The notes: generated by a model from the letters alone, not told the origin. Positions 47,489 to 57,221 are shown, numbered from the stretch's first letter. The stretch: 64,000 nt of DNA from a virus (IMGVR_UViG_3300028413_000003:168465-232464), one strand, 5' to 3'. Program-made: numbers and translations.

Positions 47489-50053
47489 TTATCTCGGTCT
47501 ATTGTTTCTAGGGTCTCTTGGTTGTGTTTGTGGAGGCAATGTAGTAGTTGTTATTCGAGCTTGTGTCACAGATGTCTCTGTGGGCGGCTCAGGGCGTGTG
47601 GGCGGCACAGGGCGTGTGGGCGGCACAGGACTTGTATTCCGAGTTAATATGTTACCGTCAATTCTGCCTAATGCCGTTAGCGAACTTCTATACTGTGATT
47701 CAAGTTGTTGCACTTGATCAAAAAAGCTTTCTAATCCAACTAGTTTTTCTCCAATTGTTTGATAATCTCCTGATGCAATTTCACCAATGTTTGCTCCAAT
47801 TTGTGCAAGTCCAAGCAAAGAATTTGCAGCCGGGCCGGCTTCTTCTATAAAGTTATTTACGCTGCTGGCAACGCCTTCTGCGCCGATTTGGGTTGCAAAG
47901 TTGCGTATTGCACCCAAGCCGGCAAAGAAAGTATCCACAATATTTTTTAATTTGTCAATCGAACTCTGTGTTTGGTGTGCTGTTTTTGTCATTGTTAAAA
48001 CTTGTAAGAATTTTCCTTGCTCAAACTTATTTTCAACTACATTACACCTATAGAGACCAGTAAACTGATCTGCAGGATCGCTTAACAATAGGTCTCTGTT
48101 GTAATCAACTGGTGTGTTAAACTTTAATAATACGTACACCTCGCCTCTTAGCGGATCTGCTTCACGGTCAGCATTTATTCCTGGAGCCAACGGTGCAGAA
48201 ACATAGTTTCCAAAATCGCTAGAATTAATAAAATAAGGATCGCCCATAATAGTCAGTTCCATACTAACAAGGTCGGAACGACTATGCAATATTAAATCTC
48301 TAAAGGTTTTTGCTGCCCGGGTTCTATCAGTGTCAATAAATGTTCCGCCGGCAGTTTTATAAAGACTTGTAACTTGTTCAATGGTTGCTCTCAACTCCCC
48401 TAGTGTATTTTCAGTTTGTTCGCTGTTTGTTGGTGTTGTAATAGGAGGAGTGCTGGGCGTTGTATATGCCGATCCTCCCCAGGATGTAACAGCTTGAGTA
48501 CTTGCTTGGTTGTTGTCAGATGGGCGGCCCATAAAGTATGCTGCATTATATGTAATATTAAAATCAATAATATCTCTGTTGAGGCCAGTGTACATGTAAT
48601 TGTATGCTTTAACAGCATCATCAATTGCACGATCTGTGTTGTTGGACATGCTAGGAAGAGAAACTGACGAACTATGTATAAAATACGGATATACTTCAAA
48701 TACAAATTTAAATGCCGGGCGTCCTGCAGTGGCCATTTCAGTCACTGATAAAATATAAGTTTTAATTTTGATCTTAAACCAGGGACGCATTCCAGAGCTG
48801 TCAATTGGGCGAGTTATAAATGACTGTCCCCATTTTGACAAAAGTATCACCGATGTAATTACTTGTTCAATTGTTGTTCCTTGTGGATAAGTATAAACTC
48901 GTTCAGATGGGTCAATGGATAAGCTTTCTCTATTGTAAAACTCGCCGTCCTCGTCAAATATAAATGCTTCATTTGCAAAGTCAACTGTTCCAAACTCGTT
49001 GAAGCTGTCAATCATTGCACTTGAGCCAATTTCGTTGCTGTTTTGGCTGAGGCCGTCCAATGATATTGCAGATGCAAGGTTGTTGATTGCAGATCCGATG
49101 GTATTCAATCTTGAATTAATTCCCACTTCGAGATTAGAGGCAGTGTTGGTGTCATTCAGCCCATTTCCTGAGTTAATAGATGCTATATTGTTAATAGTGT
49201 TGCCAAGATTGCCCAAAGAATTGGATACATCGCCAATGCTTTCAATTGTGTTGTTAACTACATCAAGACCGTTTTGTATTGTTTGTAATGCGCCGCCAAT
49301 GGCGCCGCTGTTTGCCGGCGCATCAGGAGAGATATCAAACGGAAAGTTTATTTGGTACTGGTCGCCAATGACCTTAAATGTTCTGTCTTCGCTTAATATT
49401 TCTTGTTTGTTTATTGCATTTGTCAAACTTCTTTCACCAAAACTTAAGATTTCGGCAACAGTTGACCCCTTGATACTTATTTCTTCTTTTAATCCCTGCC
49501 GGGCAAACGAAAGTCCTTCGTGGTTCCACGGTGTTGCAGTAATTTCATACACTGCGCCGTCTGGTCCTGATGTAAAATTGATCGAAGAGATACTTATAAC
49601 AAAATTCTTTTGTGATACTTCCTCAAAAGTTCCGTCATCTTTCCAGCCTTTGAATTGCAGGCTTAGCAAATACGGTGCTTGAATATAATTGTCAAACCCT
49701 GCTCGTCTGGCTGCTAATGCTGCTGTTTGCAAAAATAATCCCAAGCTGTAAGGCTCGTGCACTTTGAAACTCAAGTTTGCAATAGCAACAGCAGGAGCAT
49801 CAGAAGTAGGAGTAAAATTATTATCCAGTATTACATCATCAATAAAGAATTCGACATTTGAATCAATGTCTTCTTCCATTTGTGTGGTTGTAGTTTTTTT
49901 ATTTCCGATGCCACCTGAGCTAATAATTTGTAGCTTTCCCTGTGTGCCTATATATTCTTCTGGACGATTAACTTCGCCGGGATACATTGCACTCATAGTC
50001 CAAATATAGTTATACGATACGTATTTGTGCAGTGGATTGGCCAGTAATGCCAT
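47489..50053 (-). CDS. Baseplate hub protein, gp27-like
   Basis: NPL..Y.SYNY, EPYS..LF, APYLL...FKG, LTIMGDP...F.G.Y....VEN.F..GKF.Q.L; lies between the gp53-like and gp5-like genes. Confidence 0.65.
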   Translation of the reverse strand: MALLANPLHKYVSYNYIWTMSAMYPGEVNRPEEYIGTQGKLQIISSGGIGNKKTTTTQMEEDIDSNVEFFIDDVILDNNFTPTSDAPAVAIANLSFKVHEPYSLGLFLQTAALAARRAGFDNYIQAPYLLSLQFKGWKDDGTFEEVSQKNFVISISSINFTSGPDGAVYEITATPWNHEGLSFARQGLKEEISIKGSTVAEILSFGERSLTNAINKQEILSEDRTFKVIGDQYQINFPFDISPDAPANSGAIGGALQTIQNGLDVVNNTIESIGDVSNSLGNLGNTINNIASINSGNGLNDTNTASNLEVGINSRLNTIGSAINNLASAISLDGLSQNSNEIGSSAMIDSFNEFGTVDFANEAFIFDEDGEFYNRESLSIDPSERVYTYPQGTTIEQVITSVILLSKWGQSFITRPIDSSGMRPWFKIKIKTYILSVTEMATAGRPAFKFVFEVYPYFIHSSSVSLPSMSNNTDRAIDDAVKAYNYMYTGLNRDIIDFNITYNAAYFMGRPSDNNQASTQAVTSWGGSAYTTPSTPPITTPTNSEQTENTLGELRATIEQVTSLYKTAGGTFIDTDRTRAAKTFRDLILHSRSDLVSMELTIMGDPYFINSSDFGNYVSAPLAPGINADREADPLRGEVYVLLKFNTPVDYNRDLLLSDPADQFTGLYRCNVVENKFEQGKFLQVLTMTKTAHQTQSSIDKLKNIVDTFFAGLGAIRNFATQIGAEGVASSVNNFIEEAGPAANSLLGLAQIGANIGEIASGDYQTIGEKLVGLESFFDQVQQLESQYRSSLTALGRIDGNILTRNTSPVPPTRPVPPTRPEPPTETSVTQARITTTTLPPQTQPRDPRNNRPR
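47579..47630. repeat. ~3 x 18-bp tandem repeat encoding PVPPTR units
   Basis: tgtgggcggc(t/a)cagggcg repeated at 47579, 47597 and 47615. Confidence 0.9.
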
Positions 50054-50056
50054 GTA

Positions 50057-50359
50057 TTAAACTCCTAACAATGATGATAATGTTGATTTCTTTGGTAAAA
50101 ATATTTGTGTCCCTGGAATAAAATCAAATAATGGATCTTTTAAAACTTCAATGTTTCTTTCCGTAAACACCCACCACAATTTTGGTGTGTCATACAAGTC
50201 AAATGCTAACAAATCTGGCCTATATGTGTATTGTGGTGTAATTTCGTACAGTATGTCACTTGGATCAGATGGTATTGATCGCTTTTGCCAAAAGTCTAGA
50301 TATCCTCCGCTGTTTGTTTTTGTTAATCCGTAAGGACTTGATTTATTGTATCTTGCCAT
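50057..50359 (-). CDS. gp53: Baseplate wedge gp53-like (LysM-like) protein
   Basis: YRPDLLAFDLY..PKLWWVF...N...DP motif. Confidence 0.8.
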   Translation of the reverse strand: MARYNKSSPYGLTKTNSGGYLDFWQKRSIPSDPSDILYEITPQYTYRPDLLAFDLYDTPKLWWVFTERNIEVLKDPLFDFIPGTQIFLPKKSTLSSLLGV

Positions 50360-51234
50360 TATATAATTCCTTGTCCGCCGCCAATGTATCCACCCTGTAC
50401 ATAAGTATCTAGGCTGAATTTTCTCACAGTGTCTCTGCTGTATGCAGGCGATACTGTGATGTTCAAACGACTTAATGTTGGAACATGACTGTATCCGCCA
50501 GGTACAGAAGTTCTTGACAATTCCGGAGTTTGACTTAAATCTAAACTGTTTGATACAGGAACTTGAAGATAATCAACGCTATCCGGCAAGTCAAGGGTAA
50601 ACAACTTAACCACACACGGCATCTTGTTAAAAACAAAGTCTCCGTATCCACTTAAATGAACCAATGGTGGCGGTGCGCCTAGATGGCTGCTGTTGCCGTA
50701 AAACATTTTTGTTGCACTTCTCATAAAGTGTACTGCGGATATCCAATATCTTCCGTCTGTTTCGTTTTCAACTGGAAATTCTGCAGTGATAGTAATGTCT
50801 TCGACTGTACTGCTTTGATAAACAGGATAAGCATAGTTAGTATGCGTGGGTTGCAGGTTATTGTAATTTGCAGCATGAGTAACTAATATTTGAGGAGTAG
50901 TCGGGAACACCATACTGTTGTTTGAATCATATAATGGTTGTAATATCGGGGAATTCATAAAGGACGGTATGTTGGTAGGAAGATGCAATCTTACTCTCCA
51001 GTCACTTCCTCCTGATTCTGACCCTGCACTCCAGCTAACCGGAGTATAATCTTCATAGGTTTCTTCGGCGCCAGCAGGGAGACCACCTAGTCTAGCCATG
51101 CGAGAAATACCCAGGGCGCTTCCAAAATTACCAAGTGCATTTGTTACCCCTACTCCGGCGCCGAGTATCCTTGATGCATCACTTGCAGTACCTTGCACTG
51201 TTTGTAAAAAATTGTTGATTCCTGATGTTGCCAT
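50359..51234 (-). CDS. Tail tube initiator gp48/gp54-like protein
   Basis: FPTTP.I...A.Y...PTHTNY, F.RS.TKM, G.PPP...L.GYG...F...P.VV..F...LP..VDY; first gene of the baseplate operon. Confidence 0.65.
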   Translation of the reverse strand: MATSGINNFLQTVQGTASDASRILGAGVGVTNALGNFGSALGISRMARLGGLPAGAEETYEDYTPVSWSAGSESGGSDWRVRLHLPTNIPSFMNSPILQPLYDSNNSMVFPTTPQILVTHAANYNNLQPTHTNYAYPVYQSSTVEDITITAEFPVENETDGRYWISAVHFMRSATKMFYGNSSHLGAPPPLVHLSGYGDFVFNKMPCVVKLFTLDLPDSVDYLQVPVSNSLDLSQTPELSRTSVPGGYSHVPTLSRLNITVSPAYSRDTVRKFSLDTYVQGGYIGGGQGII

Positions 51235-51252
51235 TATTTGTTTCTCCTACAG

Positions 51253-51291
51253 TATTTAGTTGACAAAATTAACTATGTGTATTATTATAAT
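51253..51291. promoter_or_regulatory. Back-to-back promoters: late TAAATA (minus, 51253-51258) and sigma70-like TTGACA-17-TATTAT (plus, 51260-51288)
   Basis: Read directly in the divergent intergenic region. Confidence 0.6.
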
Positions 51292-51309
51292 ACTAAGTTT
51301 GGAGAAACT

Positions 51310-52140
51310 ATGAAAAGAGTAAACTATCTCAATAATAAAGACATGCTGAAAGAAATTCACAAGTCGAAAAGCACGTATTCTAGCTTTGTTGCGCCCGAAT
51401 ACGCTAATCACGACATTATTTTACTGAGTACTAATGAAATTAATATCAGGACAGTAGCCGAAGCTAAACGCAACAAAGCAAAGAAACTTAGCTCGGAAGA
51501 ATATGATTGTCGAAAGAAAGCCGGCGAAAAGGTAAAGCAAGCTGATTGTGAACACGACTATAGAAAAATAGAAAAACACGATCTGATTTTTAGAGTTATG
51601 ACATTTGACCATATACCAGAAGAGCCCGGTCGTAAGAAAAACCCCAAGACTGTTGCTGATACCAAGACCAAGTTAAACTTTCCTCCGTTTCACCATTACA
51701 AGTACAACGAAAATGATGAATTAATTCTAGTAGGCAAGAGTCATTGGCAGGGCGGTATGGAAAACGGACATTTTTCCAAAGAACACGGAAGAGCTACCAA
51801 CACACTTGCAATGATGTGGTTGAAGTTGTGCGAACGATATGCAACCAGGGGCAATGTAAGAGGTTACACTTACAATGACGAAATGAAAGGACAGGCTATT
51901 TTGCAGTTGGCTCAGATCGGGTTGCAATTTGACGAATCAAAGAGTCAAAACCCATTTGCTTACTACACTGCTGCTGTTACCAACTCATTTGTTAGAGTTA
52001 TTAACATCGAACAGCGAAATCGGCAAGTAAGAGACAACATTCTTGAAATGAATAACCTAACTCCGTCGTTTACTCGGCAAGCCGAAGGCGAATACGAGCT
52101 GGGGCTTCAAAGATTTGAAGACTCTCATAAAAAGAAATAG
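51310..52140 (+). CDS. gp55: Late-transcription sigma factor gp55-like
   Basis: NYLNNKD.L, N.RGYTY.DEM...A, FDE.KS.NPFAY.T...NSF.R.I..E. Start moved from 51238 to the ATG at 51310, which follows a GGAG RBS. Confidence 0.8.
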   Translation: MKRVNYLNNKDMLKEIHKSKSTYSSFVAPEYANHDIILLSTNEINIRTVAEAKRNKAKKLSSEEYDCRKKAGEKVKQADCEHDYRKIEKHDLIFRVMTFDHIPEEPGRKKNPKTVADTKTKLNFPPFHHYKYNENDELILVGKSHWQGGMENGHFSKEHGRATNTLAMMWLKLCERYATRGNVRGYTYNDEMKGQAILQLAQIGLQFDESKSQNPFAYYTAAVTNSFVRVINIEQRNRQVRDNILEMNNLTPSFTRQAEGEYELGLQRFEDSHKKK

Positions 52141-52169
52141 TTGACTTAATGACTTTATTGCTTTATACT
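52141..52169 (+). promoter_or_regulatory. Sigma70-like promoter TTGACT-17-TATACT for gp47/gp46
   Basis: -35 at 52141-52146, -10 at 52164-52169, followed by GGAG and a TTG start. Confidence 0.7.
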
Positions 52170-52192
52170 ATAATAAATTACGGAGTATAAAT

Positions 52193-53203
52193 TTGTTTAA
52201 AAAAGCAGCGGTCTTTACTGACCTTCATCTTGGAATGAAAGGTAATTCCAAGGTACACAACAACGATTGTGAAGAATTTGTCGACTGGTACATTGCTACT
52301 GCAAAAGCAAATGGCTGCGAAACTGGAATCTTCTGCGGCGACTGGAATCATAATAGAAATGCACTAAATTTAACCACAATGGACAGTGGATTGCGGTGTT
52401 TGGAGAAACTAGGTGCAGCGTTTGACAAATTTTATATGTTTGCAGGCAACCATGATCTCTATTACAAAGACAAAAGAGATGTTAAGTCCACAGAGTTTGC
52501 AAAACATGTTCCGGGAATTACAGTTGTTAACGAAACTTTCATCGATGGTGACGTTGCACTGGTTCCGTGGCTAGTGGGCGACGAATGGAAAGGTATTTCC
52601 AAGATTAAATCAAAGTATTTGTTTGGACACTTCGAATTGCCATCGTTCTACATGAACGCAATGGTGCAAATGCCCGATCACGGTGAGCTAAAAGCTGAAC
52701 ATTTCAAACATCAAGAGTATGTGTTCAGCGGCCACTTCCACAAACGTCAGAAACAAGGCAAAGTTCACTACATGGGCAATGCGTTTCCTCACAACTATGC
52801 TGATGCATGGGACGATGACAGAGGAATGATGATACTGGACACTGAAAACAATGCCGAACCACAGTATATCAATTGGGAACAATGTCCTAAGTATCGCACA
52901 GTTACTCTTAGTAGGCTGATCGATGAGAAAGATGAATTGATCAAAAATAAGATGTACCTTAGGGTAGTACTCGACATACCAATCAGCTTTGAGGAAGCAT
53001 CTTTCATTAAAGAAACATTCATGGAAGAGTACAAATGTCGAGAAATTACATTAATACCGCAGAAACAACTCGAAGAAATTAATACCGGACTTGATATCGA
53101 ACAGTTCGAGAGTGTTGATCAAATTGTTAGTAACGAAATACTTGCAATCGATAGTGAAGCCTTTGATAAAAAGGTTCTTTTGGATATTTATAACGACTTA
53201 TGA
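52193..53203 (+). CDS. gp47: Recombination endonuclease subunit gp47 (Mre11/SbcD-like)
   Basis: Phosphoesterase motifs DLH, GDW, GNHD, GH, GHFH. Confidence 0.92.
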   Translation: MFKKAAVFTDLHLGMKGNSKVHNNDCEEFVDWYIATAKANGCETGIFCGDWNHNRNALNLTTMDSGLRCLEKLGAAFDKFYMFAGNHDLYYKDKRDVKSTEFAKHVPGITVVNETFIDGDVALVPWLVGDEWKGISKIKSKYLFGHFELPSFYMNAMVQMPDHGELKAEHFKHQEYVFSGHFHKRQKQGKVHYMGNAFPHNYADAWDDDRGMMILDTENNAEPQYINWEQCPKYRTVTLSRLIDEKDELIKNKMYLRVVLDIPISFEEASFIKETFMEEYKCREITLIPQKQLEEINTGLDIEQFESVDQIVSNEILAIDSEAFDKKVLLDIYNDL

Positions 53204-53469
53204 TAAAAATTAAAGACTTAACCGCAAAGAACTTTATGTCAGTGGGGAATGTAACGCAAGCTGTGGATTTTGATAAAGAACAGTTAACACTAGTGCTTGG
53301 TGAGAACCTTGATCAAGGTGGTGACGACAATGGTTCACGAAACGGTACTGGCAAATGCCTTTGTATAAATACTATTGTAAAGGTAAGAAACACTGTTACA
53401 GGTGAAATTTACAAAACAACAATAGGAGAGCTATACAATGCCGCGATGGAACAACAGTCTAAAAAATAA
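53200..53469 (+). CDS. gp46: gp46 (Rad50/SbcC-like) N-extein (52 aa) fused to a 37-aa split-intein N-fragment
   Basis: KNFMSVGN...LVLGEN...NGTGK (Walker A cut after Lys), then CLCINTIVKV...IGELY intein block A starting at 53356, then stop. Confidence 0.9.
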   Translation: MIKIKDLTAKNFMSVGNVTQAVDFDKEQLTLVLGENLDQGGDDNGSRNGTGKCLCINTIVKVRNTVTGEIYKTTIGELYNAAMEQQSKK

Positions 53470-54544
53470 TTGCATTGATATATTAAATAATGTAATTAAA
53501 AATATAGAAACAAATACTTATAATAAGATGCTTGATGAAGTGTTAGCTTTAGATATAAAAAATAATAAAAAAAATATCGAAACCTATATTAGAAATAGAT
53601 TAGGTATTGTTACAAAAGATTCAAGACATACAAAAAAGTATTGGACCCTCAGAGGCTGGACAGACAACGAAGCTTATGTTAATTCAAAAGAAAACAAACA
53701 AAAAAATTATAAAAGTGTATATAGCAGAGAATTTTGGTTAGAAAAAATTAACCTGTCTACTAACAAGCTTTATACAGTCGAAGAAGCAGATTTTGAACGT
53801 AACAGTCGTCGACCTATTAGAAAAGAATATTGGATTAATAAAGGATATAACGTCGAAGACGCATCCAGGCTAGCAAAAGAAACAAAATCTTCTAATAACA
53901 AAAAAGGAGCAAAAAAATCTGCAGATTCGGATGTAAGACGTGTTACATCAAAACGATGTATTGAATATTATACTACAAGAGGTTATAACAAAGAAGAATC
54001 TAAAAAATTAGTAGCCAAAGGTCAAAAATATTTTTCTAAAGATATATGTATCGAAAAATATGGAAAAGAAAGAGGATTAAAAATTTGGCAAGATCGACAA
54101 GACCGTTGGCAAGAGACATTAAATTCAAAGTCAGATAAAGAGAAAGCAAGAATTAATCGATTAAAACTTACAAAAGGAATAACCGTTTCGGCTGCTGAAA
54201 AAAAAATTATTAATGAAGTAGAGAAAACATATAAAGACTTAATAATTATACCGCAATTTACCTTATCAGTTAACAATAAAAAACAATATGTTTACGATAT
54301 TGCTTGCAAAAATAAAATTATTGAATACAACGGAGACTTTTGGCACTGTAATCCTAAAAAATATTCTGCAGATTATATAAATCCTAGAACTAAACTGATA
54401 GCTTCTGAAAAATGGAAGTTAGACGAACAAAAAATTAAATTTGCCGAAGATCAAGGATACGAAGTTTTAGTTGTCTGGGAAAGTGATTTTAAAAGAAATA
54501 AAGAGGAAGTATTAGAGAAATGCATACAATTTCTAACACAATAG
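53438..54544 (+). mobile_element. Free-standing Vsr-like (PD-(D/E)XK) homing endonuclease between the split-intein halves
   Basis: C-terminal S.AE...QF...YDI.....IIEYNGDFWH.NP...D..K...A...GY.VLVVWE; markedly more AT-rich than its flanks; overlaps both halves in another frame. Confidence 0.8.
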
Positions 54545-56520
54545 AAAGAAAGTTTATTGATAGCCTGGATCTATCCAACTTGGAAATTGAAACAGATAGC
54601 GGGTGGCATCCTGTAACTACTATTCACAAAACTGTTCCATATACAGTGTGGAAACTAGAGACTGATTCTGGATTAATTCTAGAATGTGCTGATACTCATA
54701 TTGTGTTCGACCAAAGCTTCGATGAAATTTTTGTTAAAGATATTATCAAAAACAAAACAAAAATAATAACAAAGCACGGTCCTGATCTAGTTGTAAAACT
54801 TATCAAAACCGACCTTTGCGAGAATATGTTTGACGTAACAGTAGATAGCAATGATCACAGATTTTATTCAAACAACATACTTTCGCATAATACCACTATC
54901 ATCAACGCATTGTCGTATGCGCTTTACGGACAAGCGCTTACTAACATCAAACGGAACAACTTGATCAACAAGACCAACCGCAAAGGTATGTTGGTTACAC
55001 TAAACTTTGAAAAGGGAGGACTAACTTATCGCATCGAGCGTGGAAGATCTCCTAATGTACTCAAATTTTATGTAAACGATATTGAACAAGTTGACGCTAC
55101 TACCGACGAAAGTCAAGGCGACAGCAGAGAAACACAAAAGGCAATTGGTACATTACTAGGAATGACCCACAACATGTTCAAGCATATTGTAGCTCTAAAC
55201 ACCTACTCCGAACCGTTCCTTAGTATGAGAACCAATGATCAAAGAGAGATCATCGAACAGCTATTAGGTATTACCTTGCTTTCCGAGAAGGCCGAAGTAC
55301 TCAAAGAGAAGGTAAAGCGAACAAAAGAGTCTATTACCGAAGAAACTCTTAAGATCAGTTCCATTCAAACAAGCAATGAGAAGATTGGCCAGAGTATTAA
55401 CACACTAAAGACTCGACGGAATGCATGGAACACCAAGACAAAGCAGGATATTGTAAAGTTTCAGTCAGCAATTACAGAACTCGAGCGTCTAGACATTGAC
55501 AAAGAGCTAGAAGCTCACGATTTGCTTGCCAACTGGACCAAGCACAACAACGAAATAACAGCACTCAACAAGGAAAAGTCAACACTGGACTCTGCTATGT
55601 TACGGGCTGACAAAGGTGTGAGTACACTTGTTAATGATATATCCGGGTTAGACAATGCAACGTGTTACACATGCGGACAAGAACTTCATGCAGACAAAAA
55701 AGCAGAGATTACAGCTAAACGGAACAAAGAACTAGAGGATGCTACTACATACCAGAGCGAAGTTGCTCGTAAACTCGGTACAGTACTAACAGCACTTGAA
55801 AACATTGGCGATATCAACGGCAGACCAAAGACTTATTATGAAAATGCCAAAGAAGCCTATGAGCATCGAAATAATGTCGACTCACTAACCAATGCTCTGC
55901 AAACCAAACTCGATGACGAAGACCCTTACCAGCAGCAAATTGACGATTTAACCGAAACTGCATTGCAAGATGTGAGTTGGGATGAAGTAAACACACTTAC
56001 ATTGCTAAAAGAGCACCAAGAGTTCCTTCTCAAGCTGTTAACCAACAAGGACAGTTTTATTCGCAAGAAGATCATTGATCAAAACCTTGCTTACCTCAAC
56101 AGCAGGCTAACTTCATACCTTGACAAGCTAGGATTACCACATCAGGTACAATTTCAAAATGATTTATCTGTAGAAATCACACAACTAGGCCAAGATTTGG
56201 ACTTTGACAACTTGTCAAGAGGAGAACGCAACAGATTGATCCTAGGATTGAGCTTTGCATTCCGCGATGTATGGGAATCGTTGTACCAAGGTGTTAATTT
56301 ACTGTTCATAGACGAACTTATTGACAGCGGAATGGACACAGCCGGAGTTGAAAATTCTCTTGCTATCCTAAAGAAGATGGGAAGAGAAAGAAATAAGAAT
56401 ATATTTTTAATATCTCACAAAGATGAGCTAATTGGTAGAGTTAACCACTTATTAAAGGTGATTAAAGAAAACGGCTTTACAACCTTTAGTAACGATCTTG
56501 AAATTAGCAGTGTTGTGTAA
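54520..56520 (+). CDS. gp46: Split-intein C-fragment (124 aa) fused to the gp46 C-extein
   Basis: LEIETDSGW...LECADTH...MFDVTV..HRFYSNNILSHN|TTIINAL (intein ends at 54891); then coiled coil, CYTC zinc hook, LSRGE signature, LLFIDE Walker B, ISH. Confidence 0.9.
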   Translation: MHTISNTIERKFIDSLDLSNLEIETDSGWHPVTTIHKTVPYTVWKLETDSGLILECADTHIVFDQSFDEIFVKDIIKNKTKIITKHGPDLVVKLIKTDLCENMFDVTVDSNDHRFYSNNILSHNTTIINALSYALYGQALTNIKRNNLINKTNRKGMLVTLNFEKGGLTYRIERGRSPNVLKFYVNDIEQVDATTDESQGDSRETQKAIGTLLGMTHNMFKHIVALNTYSEPFLSMRTNDQREIIEQLLGITLLSEKAEVLKEKVKRTKESITEETLKISSIQTSNEKIGQSINTLKTRRNAWNTKTKQDIVKFQSAITELERLDIDKELEAHDLLANWTKHNNEITALNKEKSTLDSAMLRADKGVSTLVNDISGLDNATCYTCGQELHADKKAEITAKRNKELEDATTYQSEVARKLGTVLTALENIGDINGRPKTYYENAKEAYEHRNNVDSLTNALQTKLDDEDPYQQQIDDLTETALQDVSWDEVNTLTLLKEHQEFLLKLLTNKDSFIRKKIIDQNLAYLNSRLTSYLDKLGLPHQVQFQNDLSVEITQLGQDLDFDNLSRGERNRLILGLSFAFRDVWESLYQGVNLLFIDELIDSGMDTAGVENSLAILKKMGRERNKNIFLISHKDELIGRVNHLLKVIKENGFTTFSNDLEISSVV

Positions 56521-56524
56521 CTAA

Positions 56525-56764
56525 ATGATAGATGATGATAACGACCTGCACGATCAGTTAGCAAGAGCATTTTTAGAATACTTTAAAGCAAACGAGGTGT
56601 TTATTCGTAAACCCTCGCTTGCCAAGCGAGTTGCTGCAAGGAAATGGCTGAGTACTATTATGTTATTAGCTAAGAATCGACGAGAAGAAATATTAGATTC
56701 ACACAGGTATAAAGGCGAAAAAAACTACATCAAGAAGAAAAATATCAAAAAGAAGGCTCCGTAA
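56525..56764 (+). CDS. Small basic hypothetical protein
   Basis: 79-aa ORF in the operon; AARKWLS...RR.EI. Confidence 0.65.
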   Translation: MIDDDNDLHDQLARAFLEYFKANEVFIRKPSLAKRVAARKWLSTIMLLAKNRREEILDSHRYKGEKNYIKKKNIKKKAP

Positions 56765-56786
56765 AAACTTCATAGGTAAGTACTGT

Positions 56787-57221
56787 ATGCAATGGATGTA
56801 CAATGACGAACCGGTTGAAAATATACCAGAAGGCTACATAGGCTTCGTTTATCTTATTACAAATTTGACAAACAATAGAAAATACATAGGCAAAAAACTC
56901 ACAGAGTTTAAAACAACCAAACCACCTCTTAAAGGCAAAAAAAATAAAAGGCGCGGCACTAAAGAAAGCGACTGGAGAACCTACTGGGGCTCATCGGATA
57001 AGTTGCTTGCTGACATCGCTGCACTCGGTGACGACAAATTTACTAGGGAAATACTTTTCTACTGCATGAGCAGAGGTGAATTAAGTTACATAGAGGCAAA
57101 ACAGCAGTTTGATCGTAAAGTTCTTGAAACAGATGATTACTACAACGGTATCATTAACGTAAGAGTAGGCGGATCAAATATACTTCGGCAGCGATTGTTA
57201 GAACATGCCAAAAAAAAGTAA
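56787..57221 (+). CDS. GIY-YIG family endonuclease
   Basis: GFVYLITN..NNRKYIGKK, Y.GSS, F.REIL, E...Q, YYN motifs. Confidence 0.85.
   Translation: MQWMYNDEPVENIPEGYIGFVYLITNLTNNRKYIGKKLTEFKTTKPPLKGKKNKRRGTKESDWRTYWGSSDKLLADIAALGDDKFTREILFYCMSRGELSYIEAKQQFDRKVLETDDYYNGIINVRVGGSNILRQRLLEHAKKK

Noticed and set aside
47579-47630. CRISPR-like array
   Set aside because: Contiguous coding tandem repeat without spacers; no cas genes.
25707-50886. Many antisense plus-strand ORFs in the track
   Set aside because: Shadow frames of long minus-strand structural genes; no motifs or RBS.
53467-54519. Group I intron or ribosomal bypass joining the gp46 halves (they share a reading frame)
   Set aside because: The gap is fully occupied by the endonuclease ORF, no intron core is visible, and the intein motifs explain the split.
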